Source of the DNA: an uncultured Verrucomicrobiae bacterium
Lineage (GTDB): Bacteria; Verrucomicrobiota; Verrucomicrobiia; Chthoniobacterales; JAFAMB01
Assembly (NCBI GenBank): GCA_963762565.1
Contig: CAVXLD010000001.1
Coordinates: 512,001-576,000 of the forward strand
Direction: 5' to 3'
Length of the DNA stretch: 64,000 nt
Shown here: positions 9,301-18,137 of the stretch, piece by piece
Layout of the letters: every line of letters starts with the position of its first letter
How positions within the stretch are numbered: position 1 is the first letter of the stretch
Made by a program: the position numbers and the translations under genes
Notes under the pieces: model-generated
What the model was told of the DNA's origin: nothing
Databases searched by the model: none
Seen by the model: only the letters and a program-made list of their open reading frames with translations

Positions 9301-9803
9301 TTAGCCAACCCGAAATCGATCACTTTGACCAACAGATGTTCCTCGTCTGCCTCATTAACCAGCATGAGGTTGGAGGGCTTGATATCCCGATGGACCAATT
9401 TCTGACGCTCCGCAGCGACCAGAGCACGAGCTACCTGGCGGGCGATTCGCAAGGCCAGCTCAGGTCGAAACGGCCCTTCCCGGCGTATCCGGCTCTCGAC
9501 GGTTTCGCCGTCGACATATTCCATGGCGTAGAAGAAACTGTCTCCAGAGTTTCCAAGGTGAAACACGGTGGCAACATTCGGGTGCCGAAGCTGAGCTGCC
9601 GCGCGGGCTTCACGCACGAACCGTTGGCGGGCAGTATCTGAAGAGAGAAATTGCGGATTGATTACCTTAAGGGCGACATCGCACCTGAGGTTGGTATCGA
9701 ACGCCTTGTAAGTAACACCCATTGCGCCCCGGCCCAGTTCCCAAGGGCTACCATCCGGATGACTTAGCACCTGGAAGTGCTCGAACTTCTCAGCTTCAGG
9801 CAT
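6348..9803 (-). CDS. Membrane Ser/Thr protein kinase: kinase + degenerate kinase domain + TM + PEGA repeats + charged helical tail
   Basis: LGRGAMG, VALK, HRDIKPSN, DFG, GTPHFASPE; second kinase-like region from RYEVLERL; TM AITLAIVLFGLAALGMVVGISFFL; PEGA-like S/T.P.GA...G.TP units. Confidence 0.9.
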   Translation of the reverse strand: MPEAEKFEHFQVLSHPDGSPWELGRGAMGVTYKAFDTNLRCDVALKVINPQFLSSDTARQRFVREARAAAQLRHPNVATVFHLGNSGDSFFYAMEYVDGETVESRIRREGPFRPELALRIARQVARALVAAERQKLVHRDIKPSNLMLVNEADEEHLLVKVIDFGLAKSVGPSSDKSVTVTIGGFVGTPHFASPEQLEERETDARSDIYSLGATLWFMLVGRPLYEGSMASVIHQHLGSELPQDVLHSFNPKVAELLQRMLAKRPEDRFQTAVQLKQALDEILADSESGELSGMLTGTDPAATAAGVNSRSYATGQIISNRYEVLERLPPSLFKAKDLQTNRVVALRPFAGPGLNDQLQMESLRAEVAKLRNVHHPNLTAVYGLESTDDGLLLVSECTRGFTFQELLRSRGELRWPETFRLVQPLAKLLDFLADRELLLGSIAVGDVKIEPAHPNEDLDALRKAPVETWPPFIIKVDALATAGIQGAKLPAPAETMVRPLMAWELIKNPVGPLAQLIYELLGGVSHYGEPAPGSPARFAPVPALSEAGNTVLRPGVIEPTRFPSAVEFLTELDRAESADVPPLAPVAGAGLYHGHVSGSQEVGVLPVAPTRSDGAGEAHSKMPTGVFVSRNPAQPGEGGSDTYGTVVPTQVPSGPGLSELEEDGPRAVTSPWVLRAITLAIVLFGLAALGMVVGISFFLNRQAPVPKEVTHEGFVTLETKPSGASVQLKGQPIGTTPLANYRLPTGKQTLELQFPGYVSRSVEVTVTEGTINNLGLISLTRETGQFVVKTNPPGVPFEINGANQKTTSGITPITVDNMPTGKYQVTLKRPGWPDVVKDIDLTQGASVNVQHSYQGVNVSLKSDPTGATIYFAGTALGQTPLTANLPSGQIELTSKIGSLTPVTQRFTVDPSGNTVVEFKLTYGLLSVTCDRPDADVVIGGIEMGRPPIEGILPPSKQPVEVKVEGRPDQVRTADIQAGKRVVLEFTFGGTPSGEPAATPANNSQEQVPRASPVETPVSPSGPPSKPTNTVFEGRPGTTNETTPAPTETEAAAPRPSATSRPRATPSPAYRTKEDWEHARDEAYRKFDAQWDAKKNEMKQERKYVDYWIDHSSGEVKEQWKYKKQVLENRMSRFDSEKDAAKKALKRQWNEE

Positions 9804-9856
9804 TGCCAGCCAACACTATACCCGGCAAGCCTCTTGGCAAATGGAGGGAAGGGCCT

Positions 9857-9885
9857 CGCGGCGCGCGGGGACGCGCGCCCTCCCC
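9857..9885 (-). repeat. Single REP-like family A copy
   Basis: cgcggcgcgcggggacgcgcgccctcccc is the rc of the copy at ~1835. Confidence 0.85.
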
Positions 9886-9941
9886 GATTTGCACCCGCGT
9901 TGCTTCTAGGACAAATGCTTCGCGCGCTTACGGAATACAGA

Positions 9942-10406
9942 TTACTGCGGTTTATCGATATATAACCGATTCGGATCAGTAGCATTCGGATCTCGAAAGA
10001 TTCGAGGCGGGTTGCCGGAAATCACCTTGTAGCCGGTCAAAACAAATTCCGGATAAAATTGATTTGAAGCCGGTTCATACACGGTTTGACCGGAGAAATA
10101 ACCTTCCAAGCGGTACTCAGTATTATTATCCGAACCCATCGCGTCCGCGGCCCGGTCAGGCGCGAGGGTTTTTTGTTCGTTCAACATGACCAATTGCGCC
10201 TGACTCCAAGGCTGCTGCGGCTTCCTGATGTAACCCCAGAAGAAATAGTTCCGCCGATACAAACGCCGCCCGATGAAGTAATCGCCGGGCTGCTCGGCGG
10301 CGATACTTTGCGTTAGCACCGCCTGTTGGGCGGCCCATTGATCTTCAACACATGCGGCTAGGAAAACCGTAGCTAGAAAGGCAATCCCCAGAGAAAAACG
10401 ACTCAT
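9942..10406 (-). CDS. Hypothetical lipoprotein
   Basis: MSRFSLGIAFLATVFLAAC lipobox; AGGA upstream of the ATG at 10406. Confidence 0.75.
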   Translation of the reverse strand: MSRFSLGIAFLATVFLAACVEDQWAAQQAVLTQSIAAEQPGDYFIGRRLYRRNYFFWGYIRKPQQPWSQAQLVMLNEQKTLAPDRAADAMGSDNNTEYRLEGYFSGQTVYEPASNQFYPEFVLTGYKVISGNPPRIFRDPNATDPNRLYIDKPQ

Positions 10407-10415
10407 GTTGGTCCT

Positions 10416-10691
10416 AGTGCATCGAATCATAAGTAGGAGGCGTACCGCCGTCGGTCAGTTGGCTGATTTTCAAGGCGCGAACGACGAGCATATCTAAAAC
10501 CGATACGTAAGGAGTGAGCAACGCAGAAAATCAGCCAACTGGCCACGGCCCGAAGGGTTGGCTTGAAAAGGGTCCGTCTGCTTCGTTGTTCGTTCGTTAC
10601 GTATCGGCATCGGATATGCTCCTCACTCACGCCTCGCATCCAGACCCTTTTGAAGCCAACGGTATGCGTCCTACTGATGACTCGATGCACT
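10416..10691. repeat. Composite element: 32-bp outer stem enclosing two hairpins with mutually complementary loops
   Basis: 10416-10447 vs 10660-10691 (28/32); inner stems ~10453-10471/10526-10544 and 10557-10574/10643-10660. Confidence 0.85.
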
Positions 10692-10722
10692 GCACTTATT
10701 CACCAAATCATCAACCGGCAAA

Positions 10723-11160
10723 TCAATTGCCGTGGGCTTGGTGTTTTATCCGAGCCAAAAGCTCCGGTTTTTCTTGTAGAGTCGAGACCAAGGCCTCGAT
10801 CGCGTGTAACGTCTGTGGACTGATATGGTGTTCCATTCCTTCCACATCGTGGTAGATGACGTCCTCCTCGATCCCGAGCATCCTTAGAAAATCAGCCAGC
10901 AGTTGATGCCGCCGCATGATGTTCCGAGCTAGCGTCTCCCCAGCGGTCGTCAAAACGAGCCCACGATATTTCTCGTATTTGAGCAGACCCTCAGAATCGA
11001 GGCGCTGCACCATGTTCGTCACGCTGGCTTGTGAAATCTTGAGCCCAAGGGCAATATCGGCGACGCGGGCGTATCCCTTCGTATTAATTAAATCTAGGAT
11101 TTGCTCGAGGTAGTCCTCGACAGTCGAAGATCTCGCCACCGGAGCCGAGTTTTCGGGCAT
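10723..11160 (-). CDS. mntR: DtxR/MntR-family metal-dependent transcriptional regulator
   Basis: VEDYLE, ARVADIA, SVTNM, RHQLLADFL, DVEGMEHHIS. Confidence 0.9.
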   Translation of the reverse strand: MPENSAPVARSSTVEDYLEQILDLINTKGYARVADIALGLKISQASVTNMVQRLDSEGLLKYEKYRGLVLTTAGETLARNIMRRHQLLADFLRMLGIEEDVIYHDVEGMEHHISPQTLHAIEALVSTLQEKPELLARIKHQAHGN

Positions 11161-11170
11161 ACTGTAAACG

Positions 11171-11199
11171 ATTATGCTCTGGAGCAACACGGGTTGCAA
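11171..11199 (-). promoter_or_regulatory. Putative sigma70 promoter of mntR
   Basis: Minus strand TTGCAA-N17-CATAAT-N10-ATG. Confidence 0.65.
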
Positions 11200-11203
11200 G
11201 CCA

Positions 11204-11341
11204 GGCGAAGGGGGCGCGAGACGGCGAATGGGCGAGACGGCGAATAGGCGAGTTCGAGGCGCGACAGAACCGGAGCTATCGATTCGCGCCTTTATTCGCC
11301 CCATCGCCGTTTCGCCGGTGCGCCGGTTCGCCGTGTCGCCC
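11204..11341. repeat. Inverted GGCGA-octamer arrays
   Basis: ggcgaatg ggcgagac ggcgaata... vs ttcgcccc atcgccgt ttcgccgg... Confidence 0.8.
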
Positions 11342-11343
11342 CC

Positions 11344-12474
11344 CTACCCGACCGACACCAACGCAGCGTTCACTTGGTGGTTAAAGCCGACGCTGGTCAC
11401 CAACAACTCACTCCCGTGGATCTCCGTCACATCACGGGTAACGGTCGGAAGCCTGTTACCTGCATGCAACGTCGGCGGAAGTTTCTGCTCTTCGAGCGCG
11501 AACTTCGCTAAAACCAATTGCAACAACGCACTGGCCCCAAGGGACTCTCCAATAGCAGGTTTATGGGCATAAACTGGAACCGAATCAAATCGCGCCCTGA
11601 AAACGCCTTCTTCAACTCCATCTGCAAAGGTCCCGTTTGCGCTGGAAAGAATTCCGGCCGGTGTACGCCCAACGCACACCTGAGCAACCAATTCTGAGAG
11701 AGAAGCCGGGGCCTCTTTCTGCGAAAAGAAAGGCAAGCCGGCGGAGGTCATTAACCGCAAAGAACCGGTTCGGCTTAAAACCGCGGCGGCTGCACTCTCG
11801 GCTAGAATGGTACCTGGCCTGGACCCGAATACCGGGAACCAAGAACGATTGCTAGCCATCCGCCATGTGGCGAATCCATCTGCTAATACCCAGTCGGCTT
11901 CTTCTACCCCGACCACGACGCAGAACGGGAGAGCCGGATCAATCGCTAAAAGCTGGGCAGCGAAATGGAGCGCCGATAAACCGACCGAAGAATCGCCCAC
12001 TAAGGTATAGTCGCGGCCATCGATCTTTAGTATCGCGGCGAGATGGCTAGCGGGAGCATTGTAGACCGTTTCGGGGAAAAGGAGCGGACTGGCGACATTA
12101 GCCCCTTCGGTAAGCACCTCATGATAGAAGCGGCGGGTATAAACAACTCCGCCACAAGCAATGGCGAACACGATCGCCCCGCGGTTTGCCGCTTCCAATG
12201 GGATGCCAGCATCTGCCAGCGCTGCCAGCCCGGCCGTAACCCCAAGGAGCGAGATTTCGCCGGAACGCCGCAATCGAGGCTGGCGTCCAGCGGCAGCAGT
12301 GAATTTAGCCGGTACTGCGCTATAATAATAGGAGCGCCCGCCGAATCCCTTCGGCAGCGGCTGGCGAGGTGCTTCTGTGCCTCGGATCAGTTCGTCCCAA
12401 GTCTGCCCCGCATCAGGGGCAACCGGAGTAACGGCGCCAACTCCTTGAATGTAGAAACCAGATTTAAAATCCAC
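11344..12474 (-). CDS. Non-catalytic beta-ketoacyl synthase-like protein (chain-length-factor-like)
   Basis: KS-fold motifs (SPLLFPETVYNAPASH, AESAAA, KPAIGES); Cys site reads TLVGDSSVG and His sites read SSANGT/GES. Confidence 0.75.
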   Translation of the reverse strand: MDFKSGFYIQGVGAVTPVAPDAGQTWDELIRGTEAPRQPLPKGFGGRSYYYSAVPAKFTAAAGRQPRLRRSGEISLLGVTAGLAALADAGIPLEAANRGAIVFAIACGGVVYTRRFYHEVLTEGANVASPLLFPETVYNAPASHLAAILKIDGRDYTLVGDSSVGLSALHFAAQLLAIDPALPFCVVVGVEEADWVLADGFATWRMASNRSWFPVFGSRPGTILAESAAAAVLSRTGSLRLMTSAGLPFFSQKEAPASLSELVAQVCVGRTPAGILSSANGTFADGVEEGVFRARFDSVPVYAHKPAIGESLGASALLQLVLAKFALEEQKLPPTLHAGNRLPTVTRDVTEIHGSELLVTSVGFNHQVNAALVSVG

Positions 12475-12500
12475 AGTTTTTCATCGCCCAGCGTGCAATC

Positions 12501-12790
12501 GCATCAAAATAAGGCCTCGCGCAGAGGTAAAGCATCAAAATAAGGGCCTCGCGCAGAGGGCGCAACGGACGCAGAGGGAAACGGCGAAGGGGCGAAACGG
12601 CGAAGGGGCGCCATCGTGCGCACAGGGTAGCACCCTTTCTGGCACACCTTCAGCGCTTGTTACCATTTTCTACGAATACCTAGGCCTGGCACACCTCAGC
12701 CCAGGCTAATTTCTCTAAGCACTTCGCGAGTTCGTTCGCCGTGTCACCCATTCGCCCAGCTCAGCCCACTCGCCCACTCGCCGTTTCGCC
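12501..12790. repeat. Direct duplication (12501-12527/12532-12559), CGCAGAGG-type repeat, and octamer-wrapped core element
   Basis: gcatcaaaataagg(g)cctcgcgcagagg twice; ~12546-12578 matches rc of ~24593-24624. Confidence 0.8.
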
Positions 12791-13969
12791 TCATGCGGCT
12801 TGCAGAACCAGGGTCGCGTTGGCGCCGCCGAACCCGAAAGAATTTGAGACCACCCGCCGGATCTTGGCCGGCTCTTCCTGATTGCCAACGACGCGAAAGG
12901 TCCAATCCGCCTCGGGTTCCCTGAAGTTAATATTCGGCGGAATAAACTGATGGAGAATCGCTAGCAAACTGAAAACCGCTTCAATCGCTCCGGCGCCCCC
13001 TAAAGCATGGCCCATCATCGATTTGGTCGAACTCATAGCGACACCCGGCATCAGTTCGGAGATCGCTTTGCCTTCAGTGGCATCATTAAATACCGTCGCG
13101 GTTCCATGCGCGTTCACGTAGTCGACGGACGCAGGATCCAGCTGGGCGTCGATTAACGCTCTTTCCATCGCCAGTTTCGGGCCAATCCCGGATGGGTCCG
13201 GTTGCGTCAGGTGATAGTTATCAGTGGAGACACCGTAACCAACGATCTGGCCTAACACGGTTGCACGTCGGGCGGCGGCTGCTTTTTCGGATTCAAGTAC
13301 GAGAATGGCCGCTCCTTCTCCCAGTACTAATCCATTCCGATCGCGGTCAAATGGCCTGATCTTGTCCGGAGTGGCCGCCTGCAGCGAATCGAACCCGGTA
13401 AACACCAGTTCGGATATCGGATCGTATCCGCCGCAGATGACGGAATCGTAAAATCCGGCCCGGACTAGTTGAAATGCGTGCCCGATAGCGTTCGTGCCGG
13501 ATGCACAGGCATTAGAGATGATCTGCGCCGGAATCCGCCAACCGAACTTTTCCTGAACATCCAACACCGGCTTTTGGGCCATATAGTTCGCTACCGCTTG
13601 AGCCGCGCCGGTCCGCCTTTTTGGTTCGAGTAAAGAACGATAGAAACGTTCACCGTTGGACATCCCACCACTCGAGGTAGAGATCACCATCATTTCCGGA
13701 AAGAATTGACCAGCAGTTCGGACCGCTTCCCGTGTTGCCTGCAGCATCATCAAAGAGCTACGATCCAGCCTCCGGTTCTTCCGCGTGGCCGGTTCTTTTA
13801 ACCAATCATCCGGCACCTGGCCGGCAGTCCGGCAGCGCGTCTTAGAAACATCGAAGGCAGTAACCGGAGAAACACAATCCGTTCCGTTTCGTAAATTTTT
13901 AAGATTGTCAGCATTGCCGCCGCCCAAAGGAGACACGATCCCATACCCGGTGATGAAAACCCGCTGCAT
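12791..13969 (-). CDS. Beta-ketoacyl-ACP synthase (FabF/KAS II-like)
   Basis: RVFITGYG, SNACASG (Cys), NAHGTAT (His), GHALGG (His), SNSFGFGG; alternative start at 13987. Confidence 0.92.
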   Translation of the reverse strand: MQRVFITGYGIVSPLGGGNADNLKNLRNGTDCVSPVTAFDVSKTRCRTAGQVPDDWLKEPATRKNRRLDRSSLMMLQATREAVRTAGQFFPEMMVISTSSGGMSNGERFYRSLLEPKRRTGAAQAVANYMAQKPVLDVQEKFGWRIPAQIISNACASGTNAIGHAFQLVRAGFYDSVICGGYDPISELVFTGFDSLQAATPDKIRPFDRDRNGLVLGEGAAILVLESEKAAAARRATVLGQIVGYGVSTDNYHLTQPDPSGIGPKLAMERALIDAQLDPASVDYVNAHGTATVFNDATEGKAISELMPGVAMSSTKSMMGHALGGAGAIEAVFSLLAILHQFIPPNINFREPEADWTFRVVGNQEEPAKIRRVVSNSFGFGGANATLVLQAA

Positions 13970-14033
13970 TTTGGCGTTATCAGACATTCGATCCTGCTGA
14001 ACAAGTCGTACACCCGTTGGACAATGCCGACAA

Positions 14034-14127
14034 AGGCGAATCGGCGAAAGGGCGAATGGGCGTGGGCCACGGCTCAGCACATTGCCTTGAATCGCCGTTT
14101 CGCCCACTCGCCCTTTCGCCCATTCAC
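14034..14127. repeat. Inverted GGCGA-octamer arrays
   Basis: ggcgaatc ggcgaaag ggcgaatg vs tcgccgtt tcgcccac tcgccctt tcgcccat. Confidence 0.75.
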
Positions 14128-14145
14128 CTTGACGCCCATTCGCCT

Positions 14146-14174
14146 TTGACGGCGTTCCCGGCGTTGATTACGCT
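14146..14174 (+). promoter_or_regulatory. Putative leaderless sigma70 promoter
   Basis: TTGACG-N17-TACGCT-N5-ATG(14180). Confidence 0.7.
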
Positions 14175-14179
14175 GCCCC

Positions 14180-14671
14180 ATGGCTCCCAGCGCGAGCGAA
14201 TCGCCCCGGTACCCCCTTCGGCGTTTTTGCTGGATGATGGCGAATGCTGCTCGTTGGAAATGCCCGACCTGCGGCCGGAGACCGATTTTTATTCCCTGGC
14301 ACCAGGTCAGAAGTCTCCAAGACTGGTTTATGCCCTTAGACGGTTGCCCGGAGTGCGGTTACCCGTACGAACGCGAGCCCGGTTATTTCCTGCTCTCTAT
14401 TTTTGCGATCAATTACGGGGGCGGCGCGTTGATCGGATTAGTCCTTTATTTGATTTTCGATTTCTGGATCAAACTTCCGATCTGGTTAACGTTAGTCCTG
14501 GCGATCACTCCGATCCCAATTTTCAATCTCTGGTTCGCCCGCCACTCCAAAGCGCTATTTATCGCGTTCGATCTTTTTTTGGATCCCCATCACCGAGATG
14601 ACGGGGACGGTGACGAACCCGCAGAGATGCCAAGTCCGAAACGGCCCCGGTTGGACCCAGTCAAACGCTGA
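14180..14671 (+). CDS. DUF983-like membrane protein
   Basis: KCPTCG...CPECG..YEREPGYF followed by two TM helices. Confidence 0.75.
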   Translation: MAPSASESPRYPLRRFCWMMANAARWKCPTCGRRPIFIPWHQVRSLQDWFMPLDGCPECGYPYEREPGYFLLSIFAINYGGGALIGLVLYLIFDFWIKLPIWLTLVLAITPIPIFNLWFARHSKALFIAFDLFLDPHHRDDGDGDEPAEMPSPKRPRLDPVKR

Positions 14672-15706
14672 TTGCCGTTTCCGAAGGACGGAACCATTTT
14701 AATGCGGCTCCCCTCCGCAAGGGGTGGTGCGTTCCCGAAATCACACTTCTCCGTAGGCTATAGCGCAATCCACAACTACAGGTCATCATTTGCCTGAAGG
14801 TCTTGTTTGATGGCAAATGGGACTATGTCCCTACCGTCAACACCGTTGAAATTTTAGAAATTCTTAAAAATTTATAGTTGACGCTCCCAACCGTATTTCA
14901 TATATCGCAGGACCAATCGCGTGGATTAAGGATCCCTATGGATGGGGTCTGCTCTGCTGCGGGGTAGACGTGAATTGAAGGCAATAAAAACCAGTTCAGT
15001 AACCCCAAGTCTATCACTTCGGTCCAGAGATCGCAGGAGGCAGCTCTGGCTTGAAGGAGGATGGCACATGGAATGTAAATATGCATCGACTCGAGCCACT
15101 CAACGCCGTTGGTCCAAAGGCTAGCCCTTCTTTAGTCCTCCCAGATCCTATTCCTACTTTCGGCTAGATCATTAGCGATCCGGATTAGATCCGGTTAGCA
15201 ACCTTCAGCTCGCGCGCGCTTCAACTTCGGCTCCAAGGCGGCTGTCGCCCTGAACCGATTCGCGCAGAGCGAGCCACGATCTTGTCTCTAAATCGCACAT
15301 TCGTGCGCGGCCCAGAGGCAGTGAGGAGGTGTCTCTCCTAACACAAGAACTCTCTCAAAACGGCGATAACTTACAACATCTAACTCTTTCTGTTATAGCC
15401 GCCGTGAAGCACCTGACTTTGGGCGGGGATCAACCGAATCACCAAATCGGTCATATAACAGCCTACATCCTCTGCCAGAGCCCAACGAGGCCACCAAGAT
15501 AGTTCTATCTCTGAGTGAAATTACCTAGAATTTTCAGGGCTTGAACTAACCAAAGATTTATACCGCAAAATTTTTTATAATAGTTCTTGTGTCCCAGCGC
15601 GCGCCCATGTTAGGTACGAACGCTTCCGGTGATACTGACGATCCTGAAATGTCTGTTCCGAGTTTCTCCCCTCCGCGTCTGAGGCACCGGATTCTTTACT
15701 AACCAT

Positions 15707-17854
15707 ATGCAAGGTCTACTCAAAACCTTGGGTCGAAGTTATTCGGCCCATCTAGTCGGGGGCGTCGTCAATCGGCGCCGTTTGGGAAGTCTGGCCCTTG
15801 GTGGACTCGCCTCTGCGTCACTCCTGTTAAGCTCGGGAGCTGCGTTTGCGGCGCTGTCAACCTTCAGCCTGAACCCATTAGTTTCTAAATCAACCTTGGT
15901 CTCACCAACGGATGACAGCAAAATAATCGGTGTGGGTCTCTCCATACCGTCTTCCGACCCAGCGGGTTTGAAGGCGTTTGTCGACCACGTCTCCACTCCA
16001 GGTGATGCGATGTTCCACAAATTTATCACTTCTGATGAATTTGCGGCCAGGTTCGGCGGTAATGCGGCAGACTATCAATCCCTGAAAGATTGGGCGGCCA
16101 AAAACGGGCTGACCATCTCCCAGGAATCGAAGGCCCGCAACCTGCTAACCGTACGCGGTACTGTGGCCACCTTTAATCGGCTCTTCCAGACGCAGATTAA
16201 TAACTACAAGACGAGCGACGGCGTGACCTTCTATTCGGCTGGCATCAAGCCGATAGTTCCTACCGAGCTCGCTTCAAAAGTACAGGCCGTGATCGGTCTA
16301 ACCTCCGGCAAACCGATCGCCGCACAGGCGAAAGTTGGCAAGGCGCTGGGTGAAAATCCGGCGGCGAATTCCGCTCTTAAACCAGCGGATAGAGCCGAAG
16401 CTTTAGGAACGGGCCCGGGTGGAACCTATGGTCCTGAGGACCTGCGAACCGCCTACTCGATCCCGACCTGGGGCAAACTCGAACCCGGTCAGGTGATGGG
16501 CATATTCGAGCAAGGGTATTACAATCCTAAAGACGTCGATTTTTACAATACGCACTTCAAAGCTGGGTCGCATATCAAACAGACGGCCGTGTCTGTTGAC
16601 GGCTCTCCAATTACGCTGGAAGGCGCGATTGAGCTCGAAGCTTGCCTCGACGTCGACATGATCATCGCCGCGAACCCATCGGTGGCCGAAGTTATCGTCT
16701 ATATTGACGATTACACCTATGATCCGTTCGACGTAGCGATCACGGACGCTTACACCGCGATTGCTGACGCTAACGTAGTCTCAGTCGTTAGCGCCTCCTA
16801 CGGCGAAGATGAACAAGCGTTCATTGACGACGGAACGGAATCGGCCTTAGACACTGCCTTGCAGGAGGTAGCAGCTGTAGGTATCTCCTCGTTCGCCAGC
16901 TCTGGTGACGATGGTGCTTACGGCGACGGGTACAACTTTCCGTACAACGTCGAAAACCCAGGTACCGATCCCTACAACACCTCTGTCGGCGGTACCGAGT
17001 TGTTGACCACCAAGGGCGAGAATTATGAGTTCGAGTACGTCTACAACGAGTTCCCGTACTATGGCGGATCCGGTGGCGGTATCAGTGTTAACTGGACCCA
17101 ACCGGCCTATCAAAACTATCCGTACACGGGCTACACCGCCGGAAACGGTGGCTCTACTACCATGCGGAACGTTCCGGATGTGGCCGCGGAGGCCGGTGTA
17201 TTGACTGGCGTTGCGGTCTATGTCAGCGACCAAGGTGGTTGGTTCCAAGTTGGTGGTACCAGTGTCGCCAGCCCGCTCTGGGCCGGTTACCTGACCAACA
17301 TCAACGCCGCCTTCCATTATGTGGGTCTGCCAAACGTTGGGCAATTTAACCCGGTGTTGTATACCGTCGGGCTCAACCAAGGTGGTACGCCAGCTGACTA
17401 TATGTATGACATCGTGAACGGTAACAACGGTTACATTCCGTTCTACGGTTCTGCCTACCCTGGCTACTACGCGGGGTTCGGTTATAGCAACTGCACCGGT
17501 AACGGTTCAATCTGGGGTGGCGGGTTCGGCGTCCAGATGTTGCTCTCCGGTAAACAGGCGGGTACCCCTCCTGGGTCGTTCACAGTTACGCCCAAGGCAA
17601 CCAAGACACCGTTCTATAGCTATACGATTAAGTGGACCCCATCCAGCGGTGCGTCGGGCTACGGGATCGCCTTGTATCATTCCGGCGCGTTGTACAACAA
17701 CGCAATCGGCTATGTCGCAAACGGGTCGACTGTGAAGTATACGTTCTATGGCTTGACCGCGAGCACCTTCTACTACGTCTACATGTGGGGCTTCAATGCC
17801 AGCGGTGGATCGCCTTACGCCACCACCAGCTTCACGACCGCAAAACTTCCGTAA
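15707..17854 (+). CDS. Secreted sedolisin/kumamolisin-like (S53) peptidase with prodomain and C-terminal fibronectin-III-like domain
   Basis: Signal-like N-terminus; EACLDVD (Glu/Asp), SSGDDG, VPDVAA, GGTSVASP (Ser); W..SSGASGY...GLTASTFY. Confidence 0.9.
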   Translation: MQGLLKTLGRSYSAHLVGGVVNRRRLGSLALGGLASASLLLSSGAAFAALSTFSLNPLVSKSTLVSPTDDSKIIGVGLSIPSSDPAGLKAFVDHVSTPGDAMFHKFITSDEFAARFGGNAADYQSLKDWAAKNGLTISQESKARNLLTVRGTVATFNRLFQTQINNYKTSDGVTFYSAGIKPIVPTELASKVQAVIGLTSGKPIAAQAKVGKALGENPAANSALKPADRAEALGTGPGGTYGPEDLRTAYSIPTWGKLEPGQVMGIFEQGYYNPKDVDFYNTHFKAGSHIKQTAVSVDGSPITLEGAIELEACLDVDMIIAANPSVAEVIVYIDDYTYDPFDVAITDAYTAIADANVVSVVSASYGEDEQAFIDDGTESALDTALQEVAAVGISSFASSGDDGAYGDGYNFPYNVENPGTDPYNTSVGGTELLTTKGENYEFEYVYNEFPYYGGSGGGISVNWTQPAYQNYPYTGYTAGNGGSTTMRNVPDVAAEAGVLTGVAVYVSDQGGWFQVGGTSVASPLWAGYLTNINAAFHYVGLPNVGQFNPVLYTVGLNQGGTPADYMYDIVNGNNGYIPFYGSAYPGYYAGFGYSNCTGNGSIWGGGFGVQMLLSGKQAGTPPGSFTVTPKATKTPFYSYTIKWTPSSGASGYGIALYHSGALYNNAIGYVANGSTVKYTFYGLTASTFYYVYMWGFNASGGSPYATTSFTTAKLP

Positions 17855-17903
17855 CCGGTCCTGAGCTGAGCGTCGTAACTCCGTAGATTAAGGAAACCTA
17901 ACC

Positions 17904-17945
17904 TCCGGCAACCCTGAAGCTTTCGGGGTTGCCGGACTTTTTTTT
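17904..17945 (+). terminator. Rho-independent terminator
   Basis: tccggcaaccctgaa-gct-ttcggggttgccgga followed by a T-run. Confidence 0.85.
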
Positions 17946-18137
17946 GGGGGGCCTGGTTGGCCACGATAGGCTCTTTCGTTCTCGTCCTCCACTCCGGCGA
18001 TTTGGTCGCGGCTACGGCGCCAATTGGGCAGAAGCCCGTTCAGCAAGCCACAAAATGCGAACGGCAGGTCATCATCCAGACAACCTGCCGTGACTATTTA
18101 TTTGCGGATCTTTGGCAAACGTCCGCGACGTTCAGGC

